From assembly GCA_050010515.1 (NCBI GenBank), contig JBEKKX010000001.1:53552-117551 (forward strand): a stretch of DNA of 64,000 bases. The letters run 5' to 3'. The stretch comes from Candidatus Bathyarchaeia archaeon (GTDB lineage: Archaea; Thermoproteota; Bathyarchaeia; Bathyarchaeales; Bathycorpusculaceae). Shown piece by piece: positions 56,182 through 64,000 of this stretch. The notes beneath the pieces are model-generated. The model had not been told where the DNA came from. It made no database searches and saw only the letters and a program-made list of their open reading frames with translations. How positions within the stretch are numbered: the stretch's first letter is position 1; every line of letters starts with the position of its first letter. The position numbers were made by a program, and so were the translations under genes.

Positions 56182-57180
56182 ATGGCAGTTAATGAAGAAG
56201 CACTTATGTGGGTCGAAAAGTACCGCCCTAAAAACCTAAACGAGGTTGTAGACTTACACGACATCGTTGAAAGCCTCAAAGCTTTCATGAGAAAACCAAA
56301 AACGATGCCTCACCTGTTATTGGCAGGGATACCGGGCACTGGAAAAACAACCGTTGCATTATGCATTGCTCATGAATTGTTTGGTCCAAACTGGAAAAGC
56401 TTCACGTTAGAGCTTAATGCGTCTGATGAAAGAGGCATCGATACCGTGCGTGAAAGAATTAAGGATTTCTCACGTTACAGCCGTTCAGGTTTTGGCAATG
56501 TGCCGTTTGCGCTGATTATTCTGGATGAATGTGATCAGATGACTGGACCTGCTCAGACGGCGCTGAGAAGAATAATGGAAACCAGTTCCCGCACATGTAG
56601 ATTCATCCTTATATGTAACCAATCAAGCAAGATAATTGAACCAATACAAAGCCGCTGCGCAATATTCCGATTTTCAAGGCTAGATAAGCAGGCGATGAAA
56701 GAGCAGCTACAATGCATAGCCAAAAAAGAAAACGTTAACCTGTTGCCTGAAGCAGCTGAAAGAATAGTGGATTACTCAGAAGGCGACCTCAGACACGCCA
56801 TAAACGCGTTACAGACAGCTTCAGCGTACAAAGAAGGGGTGGTAGACGAGAAGACAGTCTTGCTGGTCATCGGGGAAGCCAGCCCAATGCAAGTTCAAAA
56901 AATGATTAGGAAAGCATTATTCGGTGATTTTATTGAAGCAAGGAAAACAATGTATGAAATAATGGGGTCCTACGGTTTTTCAGGCTCCGAAATAATACGC
57001 CAAGTACAGCGCGAGATATTCAAAATGTCTGATCTTACACCTGAACAAAAAGCCGATCTATCAAACGTTATCGGCGAGTATGATTACCGGTTAACACAAG
57101 GCGCCAACAGTGATATCCAGTTAAGCGCGTTGCTAGCGCAATTCGCAAAATTTGGTAAAGTCATAGGGGAAGCTTATTGA
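56182..57180 (+). CDS. rfcS: Replication factor C small subunit, no intein
   Basis: WVEKYRP, GIPGTGKT, ELNASDERG, LDECD, QSRC. Confidence 0.96.
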   Translation: MAVNEEALMWVEKYRPKNLNEVVDLHDIVESLKAFMRKPKTMPHLLLAGIPGTGKTTVALCIAHELFGPNWKSFTLELNASDERGIDTVRERIKDFSRYSRSGFGNVPFALIILDECDQMTGPAQTALRRIMETSSRTCRFILICNQSSKIIEPIQSRCAIFRFSRLDKQAMKEQLQCIAKKENVNLLPEAAERIVDYSEGDLRHAINALQTASAYKEGVVDEKTVLLVIGEASPMQVQKMIRKALFGDFIEARKTMYEIMGSYGFSGSEIIRQVQREIFKMSDLTPEQKADLSNVIGEYDYRLTQGANSDIQLSALLAQFAKFGKVIGEAY

Positions 57181-58406
57181 GAAAGGATCTTTTATGGGTT
57201 GAAAAGTACCGCCCAAAAAAGATAGAAGACATAATTGGCAATGAAGAAGCGAAAGCCACTTTTATTGAATGGCTGAAAAGTAAGCGAAGAAGCAAAAAGG
57301 CAGTTTTACTTTATGGACCGCCTGGCATCGGAAAAACAGCATTAGTCAACGCCGCCGCAAAAGAGTTTGGGTTTATCACTATTGAAATGAACGCAAGCGA
57401 CACAAGATCCGAAAAAGCGATTAATGCAATTGCTAAACCAGCCACTTCCTTTGTTGCTTTAGACACTTTCTCAGCTGAAAGCAAAGGCAACCTTCTCTTT
57501 CTCGACGAGGTTGACGGCATTGCAGGCAACGAGGACAGAGGCGGAGTAAGCGCCATAATAAAAATCGTTGAAGAATCTCAAGTGCCTGTTATAATGGCGG
57601 CAAACGACCCTGACATAGACAAGCTAAGACCGCTAAAGAAAGTTTGCTTACTGATACGTTTCCAGCAAATCCGGATACCGCTTATCATTGCATTATTGCA
57701 GAAGATTTGTTTGCTTGAGCATGTTAAAGCGGAGTTTGAAGCGCTTGAAAGAATTGCGCAAAACAGCAAAGGCGATGTACGGTCAGCCATAAACGACCTG
57801 CAAAGCATAAGCGAAGAAAACCAAGTCCTCACACTTCAAGACACCATGATGCTTAGTTCAAGAAATAAAGACATAGGCATGGACGAAACTTTAAGAGGAT
57901 TTTTCTCAGCAAAATCAATTGCTGAAGCGTCAAGTTTACTTAGCCGCTCAAGCGTTGACTATGATGATTTTCTGCTTTCAGTAAGCGACAATCTGCCCAG
58001 ACGATACACTGACCCAGCAGAGCTTGCTGCCGCCTACGATTTTGTTTCTCAAGCTGATGTTTTCCGAGGAAGGATTGGAACTGAGCACTGGCATCTTTTA
58101 AAGTACTTCTACAACGCGCTATCTGAAGCAGCCGCAGTTGCGCCTAAATCATACAAGCCCTTTGAATTTATTTCGCCGCCCATCAGGATTATTACTTTGT
58201 TCTGGACCAAAGGCAAAAGAACAATGCTAGACGGCATCTGCGGAAAAATTGGAGCACAATGCCATGTTTCCCATGAAACAGCTAAACATGATTTTGTCCC
58301 ATTCATCAAAAACATACTGCAAAACCAAAAATCAAGCCCGCTGGCTTCTTGGCTCAAGCTCACACCTGAAGAGGTGGATTTCCTAACGAAAATGAACAGG
58401 TATTAG
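57177..58406 (+). CDS. rfcL: Replication factor C large subunit
   Basis: WVEKYRP, GPPGIGKT, EMNASD, LDEVD, GDVRSAINDL. Confidence 0.94.
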   Translation: MRKDLLWVEKYRPKKIEDIIGNEEAKATFIEWLKSKRRSKKAVLLYGPPGIGKTALVNAAAKEFGFITIEMNASDTRSEKAINAIAKPATSFVALDTFSAESKGNLLFLDEVDGIAGNEDRGGVSAIIKIVEESQVPVIMAANDPDIDKLRPLKKVCLLIRFQQIRIPLIIALLQKICLLEHVKAEFEALERIAQNSKGDVRSAINDLQSISEENQVLTLQDTMMLSSRNKDIGMDETLRGFFSAKSIAEASSLLSRSSVDYDDFLLSVSDNLPRRYTDPAELAAAYDFVSQADVFRGRIGTEHWHLLKYFYNALSEAAAVAPKSYKPFEFISPPIRIITLFWTKGKRTMLDGICGKIGAQCHVSHETAKHDFVPFIKNILQNQKSSPLASWLKLTPEEVDFLTKMNRY

Positions 58407-58420
58407 GGAGAAAGCGGAAA

Positions 58421-58759
58421 ATGGTGGCAGTTTTAAATAAGAAAGCGTTCAAACTTCCGAGGGTTGAGAAAGAAAAGTTTATTCTCTTAATACGTTTGGG
58501 CTTGGAGTATAATCGTGAGCAAGGCGTTTTTTCCATTAAAAGTTGCAATAATATTGAAAAGCTTATGGATACAATCGCCGGCATTTTAAACAGTGAAATT
58601 GTTTTTCTCCAAAGCTGTGCGCGCTGTGGCAAAGACTTTCCGTGTTCAGACTGCAAATACAATGATTTATGCACCACCAAAGATCTTCCGTTCAGCTGCG
58701 TTTGCCCCCAGTGTTTGAGGGATAGAAAGCAGTTCGAAGAATATCTCGAAAAATTCTAG
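58421..58759 (+). CDS. Hypothetical protein with a C-terminal Cys cluster
   Basis: CARCGKDFPCSDCKYNDLC...CVCPQC. Confidence 0.7.
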   Translation: MVAVLNKKAFKLPRVEKEKFILLIRLGLEYNREQGVFSIKSCNNIEKLMDTIAGILNSEIVFLQSCARCGKDFPCSDCKYNDLCTTKDLPFSCVCPQCLRDRKQFEEYLEKF

Positions 58760-59244
58760 TGCTAACCCTGTTAGCTCAAGCGAGATACTATTCCAGCTAA
58801 ACAGGAGAAGCGGAAGGCTGATTGAGGATCAAGCAAATGGCAAAAAGAAAATCAAAATGCTCTTGCTTTTGTGCAGTTTTCGAAGCTAAATTATGTTCGG
58901 TTATTTATGAGTAAATTGGGTTCGAATCCCTTCTCCGTATATTGCCGTCGCTTAATTGCCACCACAAAAAATCGCAGTATGTTCAATTTTCACTGTTAAG
59001 GGTTTGTTCATATGGATATTCTTGTCATGGGTCCCGCCCTTTTTCTTTCACCGTGTAAACTCAGTTGCCTGCACTCTTAGACCTCGTTATATCGCTCCTC
59101 TTAGCCAAGAAGGCTAAAGTTCCTGATAGTGTTTCTTCGGAAAAGAATAACTTCAAGTTCAGAAGAATTTCTAATCCATAGTTGGCATTCACAACTAATT
59201 TATTTCAATAAGTTCTTAGATATGATCGATAATGAGCGACAAAA

Positions 59245-60213
59245 ATGCAAAGTAGTCGTAAGCAGGAGCACAAAACAGTGATACAATTGGATGAAACGCC
59301 CGATGTTGCTAAAGCAACGGTTGATACTAGAGAGTCTTTCTGCAAGATGTTCGAGGAAGCTATTGACGAGGCATTTTATTCTCTAGGTGAACCTACAAGA
59401 AAAGCAATATATATCCATCTGAAAAACTCGTTTGGGATTGCGAAACGCGAAATTCCCTACAGGATCAATGATTTTTCAGATGCGCTCGAGAAAATTTTTG
59501 GACCAGCCGCCAGAAACCTGGAGATTCTCTGCATAAAAAACATTCAAGCCAAAGCTAGAATTGACTACAAGTGGGATTTACCCGAATCGAGTGGGTCCGA
59601 ATTGACGTTTGAAGAATACATACGCATCGTTAAGCAGAACTATAAACAGCAAGAAAGTAAACAGCAAGAAAGCTATCAACGAGCGGAATCAAAGAGCAGC
59701 TCCGCCGAGAAAAAACGGGTAACTTCAATAGCTCAAGAAAAAACAGATGAAGACAAAGTTGCGCTAAAGACTGTTAACGTGATGGTCAAGACAGTAATTA
59801 CGGTAGATGAAAAAGCGTCAGTCAAAGAAGCAGCTGACATAATGAACCAGTTCGAGATAGGCTCCGTAATTACTACCAGAAAAGGGAAGCCTATAGGCAT
59901 AATTACTGAGCGAGACCTTTTGAAACGCATAGTCTCCGAGGGCAGAAACGCAAAAAAGACTACAGTTAAAGAAATTATGTCAAGTCCATTGGTCGTTGTT
60001 TCAACCAACACAGACTTAGAAGAAGCGGCACGCTTGATGTTCGAGATGAAGATAAAGAAGCTGCCAGTAACCGAACAGAACCGCTTGGTGGGCTTGGTCA
60101 GTCTAACAGACATAGCCCGCGCTCAGCCGATGATAAAATTCCTGCAAAAACTTGCCGCAACGCAATATACGCCGAAAAGCATGCAGAAAGTCTTAAATTG
60201 CTACATTGTTTAG
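59245..60213 (+). CDS. Helical N-terminal domain (DUF3227/NitrOD5-like) fused to a CBS pair
   Basis: AIDEAFYSLGE..KAIYIHL..FG...FSDALEKIFG; two CBS motifs (GIITERD, GLVSLTD). Confidence 0.78.
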   Translation: MQSSRKQEHKTVIQLDETPDVAKATVDTRESFCKMFEEAIDEAFYSLGEPTRKAIYIHLKNSFGIAKREIPYRINDFSDALEKIFGPAARNLEILCIKNIQAKARIDYKWDLPESSGSELTFEEYIRIVKQNYKQQESKQQESYQRAESKSSSAEKKRVTSIAQEKTDEDKVALKTVNVMVKTVITVDEKASVKEAADIMNQFEIGSVITTRKGKPIGIITERDLLKRIVSEGRNAKKTTVKEIMSSPLVVVSTNTDLEEAARLMFEMKIKKLPVTEQNRLVGLVSLTDIARAQPMIKFLQKLAATQYTPKSMQKVLNCYIV

Positions 60214-60362
60214 CGCAATGCAATTATTAACGCTGGGATTTGGACCCAGCCTTTGACCCTTGAACGGTAAAGGCTAAAACGGCGGTATACAAAAGCATCA
60301 ACCAAACACACAAAAAATATGCGAAGGCAAATCTTATCTAGCCATTTTATAATTAACACTTA

Positions 60363-61631
60363 TTGCAGAAGGCTCGATTTATGGCTGAAGAACACACACC
60401 ATTAACCGTCGCACTTTCCCAACTTAAACTGGCTTGCAAAAAGTTACAGTTGGATTCGGGGATGCATAAGATGCTCAGCTTGCCAAAACGCTCCATCAGC
60501 GTCAGCATCGACATCCGTATGGACAACGGAACCGTCGGAGTATTCAACGGCATCCGAGTTCAACATTGGGATGCGCGCGGACCATTCAAAGGCGGAATCC
60601 GCTACTACCCAAACATTACCCTTGATGAAGTCACCGCGCTGGCAATGTTGATGACTTGGAAATGCGCCATTGCTGACATACCATTTGGCGGAGCAAAAGG
60701 CGGCGTTTGCGTTGACACTAAAAAAATGAGCAAACATGAGCTTGAAAGATTAACAAGAAGATACGTCAGCTTAATCTTCGAATATTTGGGGCCGCACCGA
60801 GACATTCCTGCGCCAGATATGTACACTGACGCGCAAACCATGGCTTGGATAATGGACACCTACAGCCAAATGAAAGGCTACAGCATACCCGAAAGCGTCA
60901 CCGGCAAACCAGTCGAAATCGGAGGCTCATGGGGCAGAACTGAAGCCACAGGCAGAGGAGTAATCCACTGCGTAAAACAAGCGGCAGAAAACAACAGCCT
61001 AAAACTAAAAAACGCCGCCGTAGCCATCCAAGGCTTCGGCAACGTCGGCTACCATGCAGCAGTGGCTGCGCAAGAAGTAGGCTGCAAAATAATAGCCGTA
61101 AGCGACTCCACAGGAGGAATCTACTGCGCAGATGGCTTAAACCCACCAGATGTTCTTGTGCATAAAGAAAAAACACGCTCTGTCCAGAACTACAAGGACT
61201 GCAAAAACATAACCAACGAGGAACTAATTGAATTATCCTGCGACGTGCTGATTCCTGCAGCGCTGGAGAACCAGATCACCTGCAAAAACGCTGACAAAAT
61301 TAAAGCTAAAATGGTTGCTGAAGCAGCTAACGGACCAACTACACCTGAAGCTGACAAGGCATTATATGAAAAAGACATCTGCCTAATTCCAGACATCCTC
61401 GCCAATTCTGGCGGTGTAACCGTGAGCTATTTTGAATGGGTCCAAAACTTAACCCGAGAGCAATGGCCACTGGAAAAAGTCAACAGGAAACTTGAAGCCA
61501 AAATGACTAAAGCATTCAACGACGTAGTCGCTATTGCGGAGAAGGAAGAGAGTGACATGCGTACAGGCGCGTTAATGCTGGGTGTAGGAAGAGTGGCTAA
61601 CGCCATAAAAACACTAGGACTTTGGCCATAA
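60363..61631 (+). CDS. gdhA: Glutamate dehydrogenase (Glu/Leu/Phe/Val family)
   Basis: GPFKGGIRY, GGAKGG, DIPAPD, GRTEATGRG, QGFGNVG, EAANGP. Confidence 0.95.
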   Translation: MQKARFMAEEHTPLTVALSQLKLACKKLQLDSGMHKMLSLPKRSISVSIDIRMDNGTVGVFNGIRVQHWDARGPFKGGIRYYPNITLDEVTALAMLMTWKCAIADIPFGGAKGGVCVDTKKMSKHELERLTRRYVSLIFEYLGPHRDIPAPDMYTDAQTMAWIMDTYSQMKGYSIPESVTGKPVEIGGSWGRTEATGRGVIHCVKQAAENNSLKLKNAAVAIQGFGNVGYHAAVAAQEVGCKIIAVSDSTGGIYCADGLNPPDVLVHKEKTRSVQNYKDCKNITNEELIELSCDVLIPAALENQITCKNADKIKAKMVAEAANGPTTPEADKALYEKDICLIPDILANSGGVTVSYFEWVQNLTREQWPLEKVNRKLEAKMTKAFNDVVAIAEKEESDMRTGALMLGVGRVANAIKTLGLWP

Positions 61632-61787
61632 ACACGGAAACAGAGCAGGGAGATGAGTTAAAAGAAAGGGATAGTGCCTCCGAGCAGTAGAGGGCAGCTT
61701 TCTTTAGCATTATTTGTTTCTAGTGCAAACGCTTAAAACTGTTCTTGATATATCTGTTGAACCCCACAAAAGGGAAAACAATCGGAC

Positions 61788-62360
61788 TTGAGAGGGAAAA
61801 AGCAGTTGGCAGCGAAAATTTGCATGTTGGATTTCTGTTATGAGAACTCGCTGGTTAAAATTGTGGCAAACAGGAACTGCCCGGAAATTAAGCTTGCTGG
61901 ATTAATTGTTGGTCCCTTTGATGAAGGAAATGAGTATGAAGTTTATTTTTGGGTGGCGAAAGAGTTAGCGAACTCGGGAATGGTTCATTTTCGAGAGGAC
62001 GATGTTTTGGATGCAACTAAACTGTTCAAGGTGCAATGGAAGGAAGGCGTACAAATCCCAGGACAAATCTCCGAGCTTTCAGATGATTTTTATCCTAAAC
62101 TTCGCAGGTTTATCTCCGACTTAAAAGATCAAGCCTCAAAGCAATCGGAAAAATACCAAGAATATGATAGAGCAAAGCAATTAGCACGTGACATCGTAAA
62201 TTCTAGGCTTAAAAAAATAGTTGCCCTATCTTCTGCTCCAACTCAAAGTGAGCAGGTTCTAAAAAAGTTTACAAGCGAGGAAAAAATTCTCTATGAACAA
62301 CTAGTCAAAATAATCTCTGAGTGGAAAACAAAGATTCTAGAAAGTGAGGGAGAAAAGTAA
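61788..62360 (+). CDS. GINS complex subunit (Gins23-like)
   Basis: B-domain first (GPF..G..EV.FWVAKEL), helical A-domain (L..DFY, R..KI); directly upstream of mcm. Confidence 0.8.
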   Translation: MRGKKQLAAKICMLDFCYENSLVKIVANRNCPEIKLAGLIVGPFDEGNEYEVYFWVAKELANSGMVHFREDDVLDATKLFKVQWKEGVQIPGQISELSDDFYPKLRRFISDLKDQASKQSEKYQEYDRAKQLARDIVNSRLKKIVALSSAPTQSEQVLKKFTSEEKILYEQLVKIISEWKTKILESEGEK

Positions 62361-62362
62361 AG

Positions 62363-64000
62363 ATGACTAACGAACAGGTAACAGTGGACCCGCAGCAGCG
62401 TTTTCAAGAGTTCTTTAAGAAAGAGAAGTACCGCCAAAGAATCGCGCAGTTAGCCATCACTGGAAAAGGATCAGTAACAATCGATTTCGAAGAACTTTAT
62501 GGATTTGACCAAGCACTCGCTGAACAATTACTCAACAAACCGGAAGAATACCTGCAGCATGCAGGAAAAGGAGCCTACGAACAACTCCGCATAGAAGATG
62601 CAGAATACGCTGAAAAAATAGAAAAAATTAATGCCAGAATCGTGAAGCTCCTTGGAAAAGAACAACTAAGAAAACTCGGCTCAAGACAAATGGCAAAACT
62701 AGTCATGGTTGAAGGCATAGTAGTCAGAGCCACGTCAGTCCGACCGATGGTCTTGCAAGCAGCCTTCAAATGCAAACGCTGTGGAACCATGAACATGGAA
62801 GAACAAACAGGACAATTCCTAAAGGCACCAGCCATATGCCAAGCTCCAGACTGCGGAAGAGATGGACCATTCGAGTTTGTCCAAGAAGAATCCACCTTTA
62901 TAGATTCCCAAGACCTTCGGTTGCAGGAAAAGCCTGAAGATTTACCTCCAGGGCAATTACCACGTACATTAAGCGTCAAACTTGTCGGTGATGACATAGT
63001 TGACGTTGCAAGACCAGGAGACCACGTTTCCATAGTCGGCATCGTTCGTGCTTTTGCGCCTTCATTGATGGGAATGGGAAAACTTCGAACATTCATTCTT
63101 CAACTTGATGCTAACTCAGCAGAAGTGCTTGGCAAAGAGCCAGAAACGTCACCGCCTACACCTGAAGAAGAAGAAAAAATCCATGCACTCTCACAAGACC
63201 CATGGGTGCACAGGAAAATCATGAGTTCCATAGCACCATCAATCTTCGGCTACGAGCACATCAAAGAAGCTATAATGTATTTGCTCTTCGGCGGAGTTGC
63301 AAAAAGCCTGCCAGACATAAACATAAGAGGAGAAATGAATGCTCTTTTAATCGGAGACCCAGGTACCGCAAAATCGCAACTTCTTCAGTACGTAGCCAGA
63401 ATAGCTCCAAGAGGACTATACACTTCGGGTAGAGGAACAACCGCCGCAGGCTTAACTGCGGCAGTGGTTAGAGAAAAAGGCGGAAGCATGAGCCTTGAAG
63501 CAGGCGCACTCGTACTAGCCGACAAAGGAATAGCTTGTATAGACGAAATGGATAAGATGCGGCCAGAAGACCGTGTTGCTATTCACGAAGCTATGGAGCA
63601 GCATACGGTTTCAGTTGCAAAAGGCGGAATTGTCGCCACACTGAACGCCAGAACAGCAGTGTTAGCAGCAGCTAACCCGTCTTTAGGCAGGTATGAACCA
63701 AACAGAACAGTTGCCGAAAACATTTCACTGCCAGTTACTATTCTTTCGCGTTTTGACTTAATTTTCGTGCTACGTGATGTGCCCAACAAGGAAGCGGATG
63801 AAAAAATGTCTCATCACATCTTGGAAATTCATCGTAGAGGAGTAAGCCCTGTAGAAGCACCGGTAGATGCGGAATTGCTGCGGAAATATGTTGGTTTTGC
63901 TAAAGGGATTAAGCCTGTACTTGGTACTGAAGCGTTAAAGCGGTTAAGCGACTTTTACTTAGCCATGCGCGCGGCAAGCGAAACTGAAGGTTCACCAGTG
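62363..64000 (+). CDS. mcm: MCM replicative helicase, 3'-truncated by the window end (absent from the ORF track)
   Basis: Manual reading: Zn finger CKRC...C..PDC, QEKPEDLPPGQLPR, GDPGTAKSQ, GLTAAV, CIDEMDKM, AAANP, LSRFDL. Confidence 0.97.
   Translation, partial: MTNEQVTVDPQQRFQEFFKKEKYRQRIAQLAITGKGSVTIDFEELYGFDQALAEQLLNKPEEYLQHAGKGAYEQLRIEDAEYAEKIEKINARIVKLLGKEQLRKLGSRQMAKLVMVEGIVVRATSVRPMVLQAAFKCKRCGTMNMEEQTGQFLKAPAICQAPDCGRDGPFEFVQEESTFIDSQDLRLQEKPEDLPPGQLPRTLSVKLVGDDIVDVARPGDHVSIVGIVRAFAPSLMGMGKLRTFILQLDANSAEVLGKEPETSPPTPEEEEKIHALSQDPWVHRKIMSSIAPSIFGYEHIKEAIMYLLFGGVAKSLPDINIRGEMNALLIGDPGTAKSQLLQYVARIAPRGLYTSGRGTTAAGLTAAVVREKGGSMSLEAGALVLADKGIACIDEMDKMRPEDRVAIHEAMEQHTVSVAKGGIVATLNARTAVLAAANPSLGRYEPNRTVAENISLPVTILSRFDLIFVLRDVPNKEADEKMSHHILEIHRRGVSPVEAPVDAELLRKYVGFAKGIKPVLGTEALKRLSDFYLAMRAASETEGSPV

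Noticed and set aside
1351-61405. Many 60-215 aa antisense or alternate-frame ORFs overlapping confident genes (e.g. 11069-11542, 16066-16575, 37747-38394)
   Set aside because: They are fully nested on conserved genes, have no motifs, and are expected shadows of codon bias
62575-63789. Short ORFs listed in the track over the last 1.6 kb
   Set aside because: They are shadow frames of the uninterrupted mcm gene starting at 62363
56182-64000. Inteins in RFC or MCM
   Set aside because: Walker motifs are contiguous, lengths are normal, and no C/S...HN splice motifs were seen in the portion present

Overview
Archaeal chromosomal window, most consistent with a Bathyarchaeia/TACK-type anaerobe. This is inferred from CODH/ACS, CofC/CofE, Rpo12, RFC-S/L and GINS-MCM; no search was run. 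Left part: purL(partial)-purQ converge on a minus-strand run cdhA-B-C-D-E, purF, purD and three tightly coupled genes (HAD phosphatase, divergent Ftr paralog, PfkB kinase). These three resemble the EhaR/S/T trio of methanogen Eha operons but here lack any hydrogenase and sit where a GAR transformylase is missing. This is the best candidate for an undescribed system. Next come a Lrp-regulated NifX/OsmC module, a stop-interrupted MBL hydrolase, a cooC relic, and a HydABC/NuoEFG-like module with no catalytic subunit. Two CooC genes, an FrhB-like/CofC/MetF-like/CofE cluster, a GCS2-RLAN-RimK peptide-ligase cluster and two convergent deoxyhypusine synthases follow. After argS lies tRNA-Leu(GAG) with a 38-bp att duplication enclosing a ~0.6 kb micro-island. 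The right part is mostly housekeeping: cysKE, guaA, sugar-nucleotide genes (one looks like a pseudoenzyme), tRNA-modification genes, rpo12, translin-nfi, rfcS/L, gdhA, gins and mcm (partial). No CRISPR array, rRNA, transposase, integrase or intein was seen. All family calls come from motif recognition by eye.
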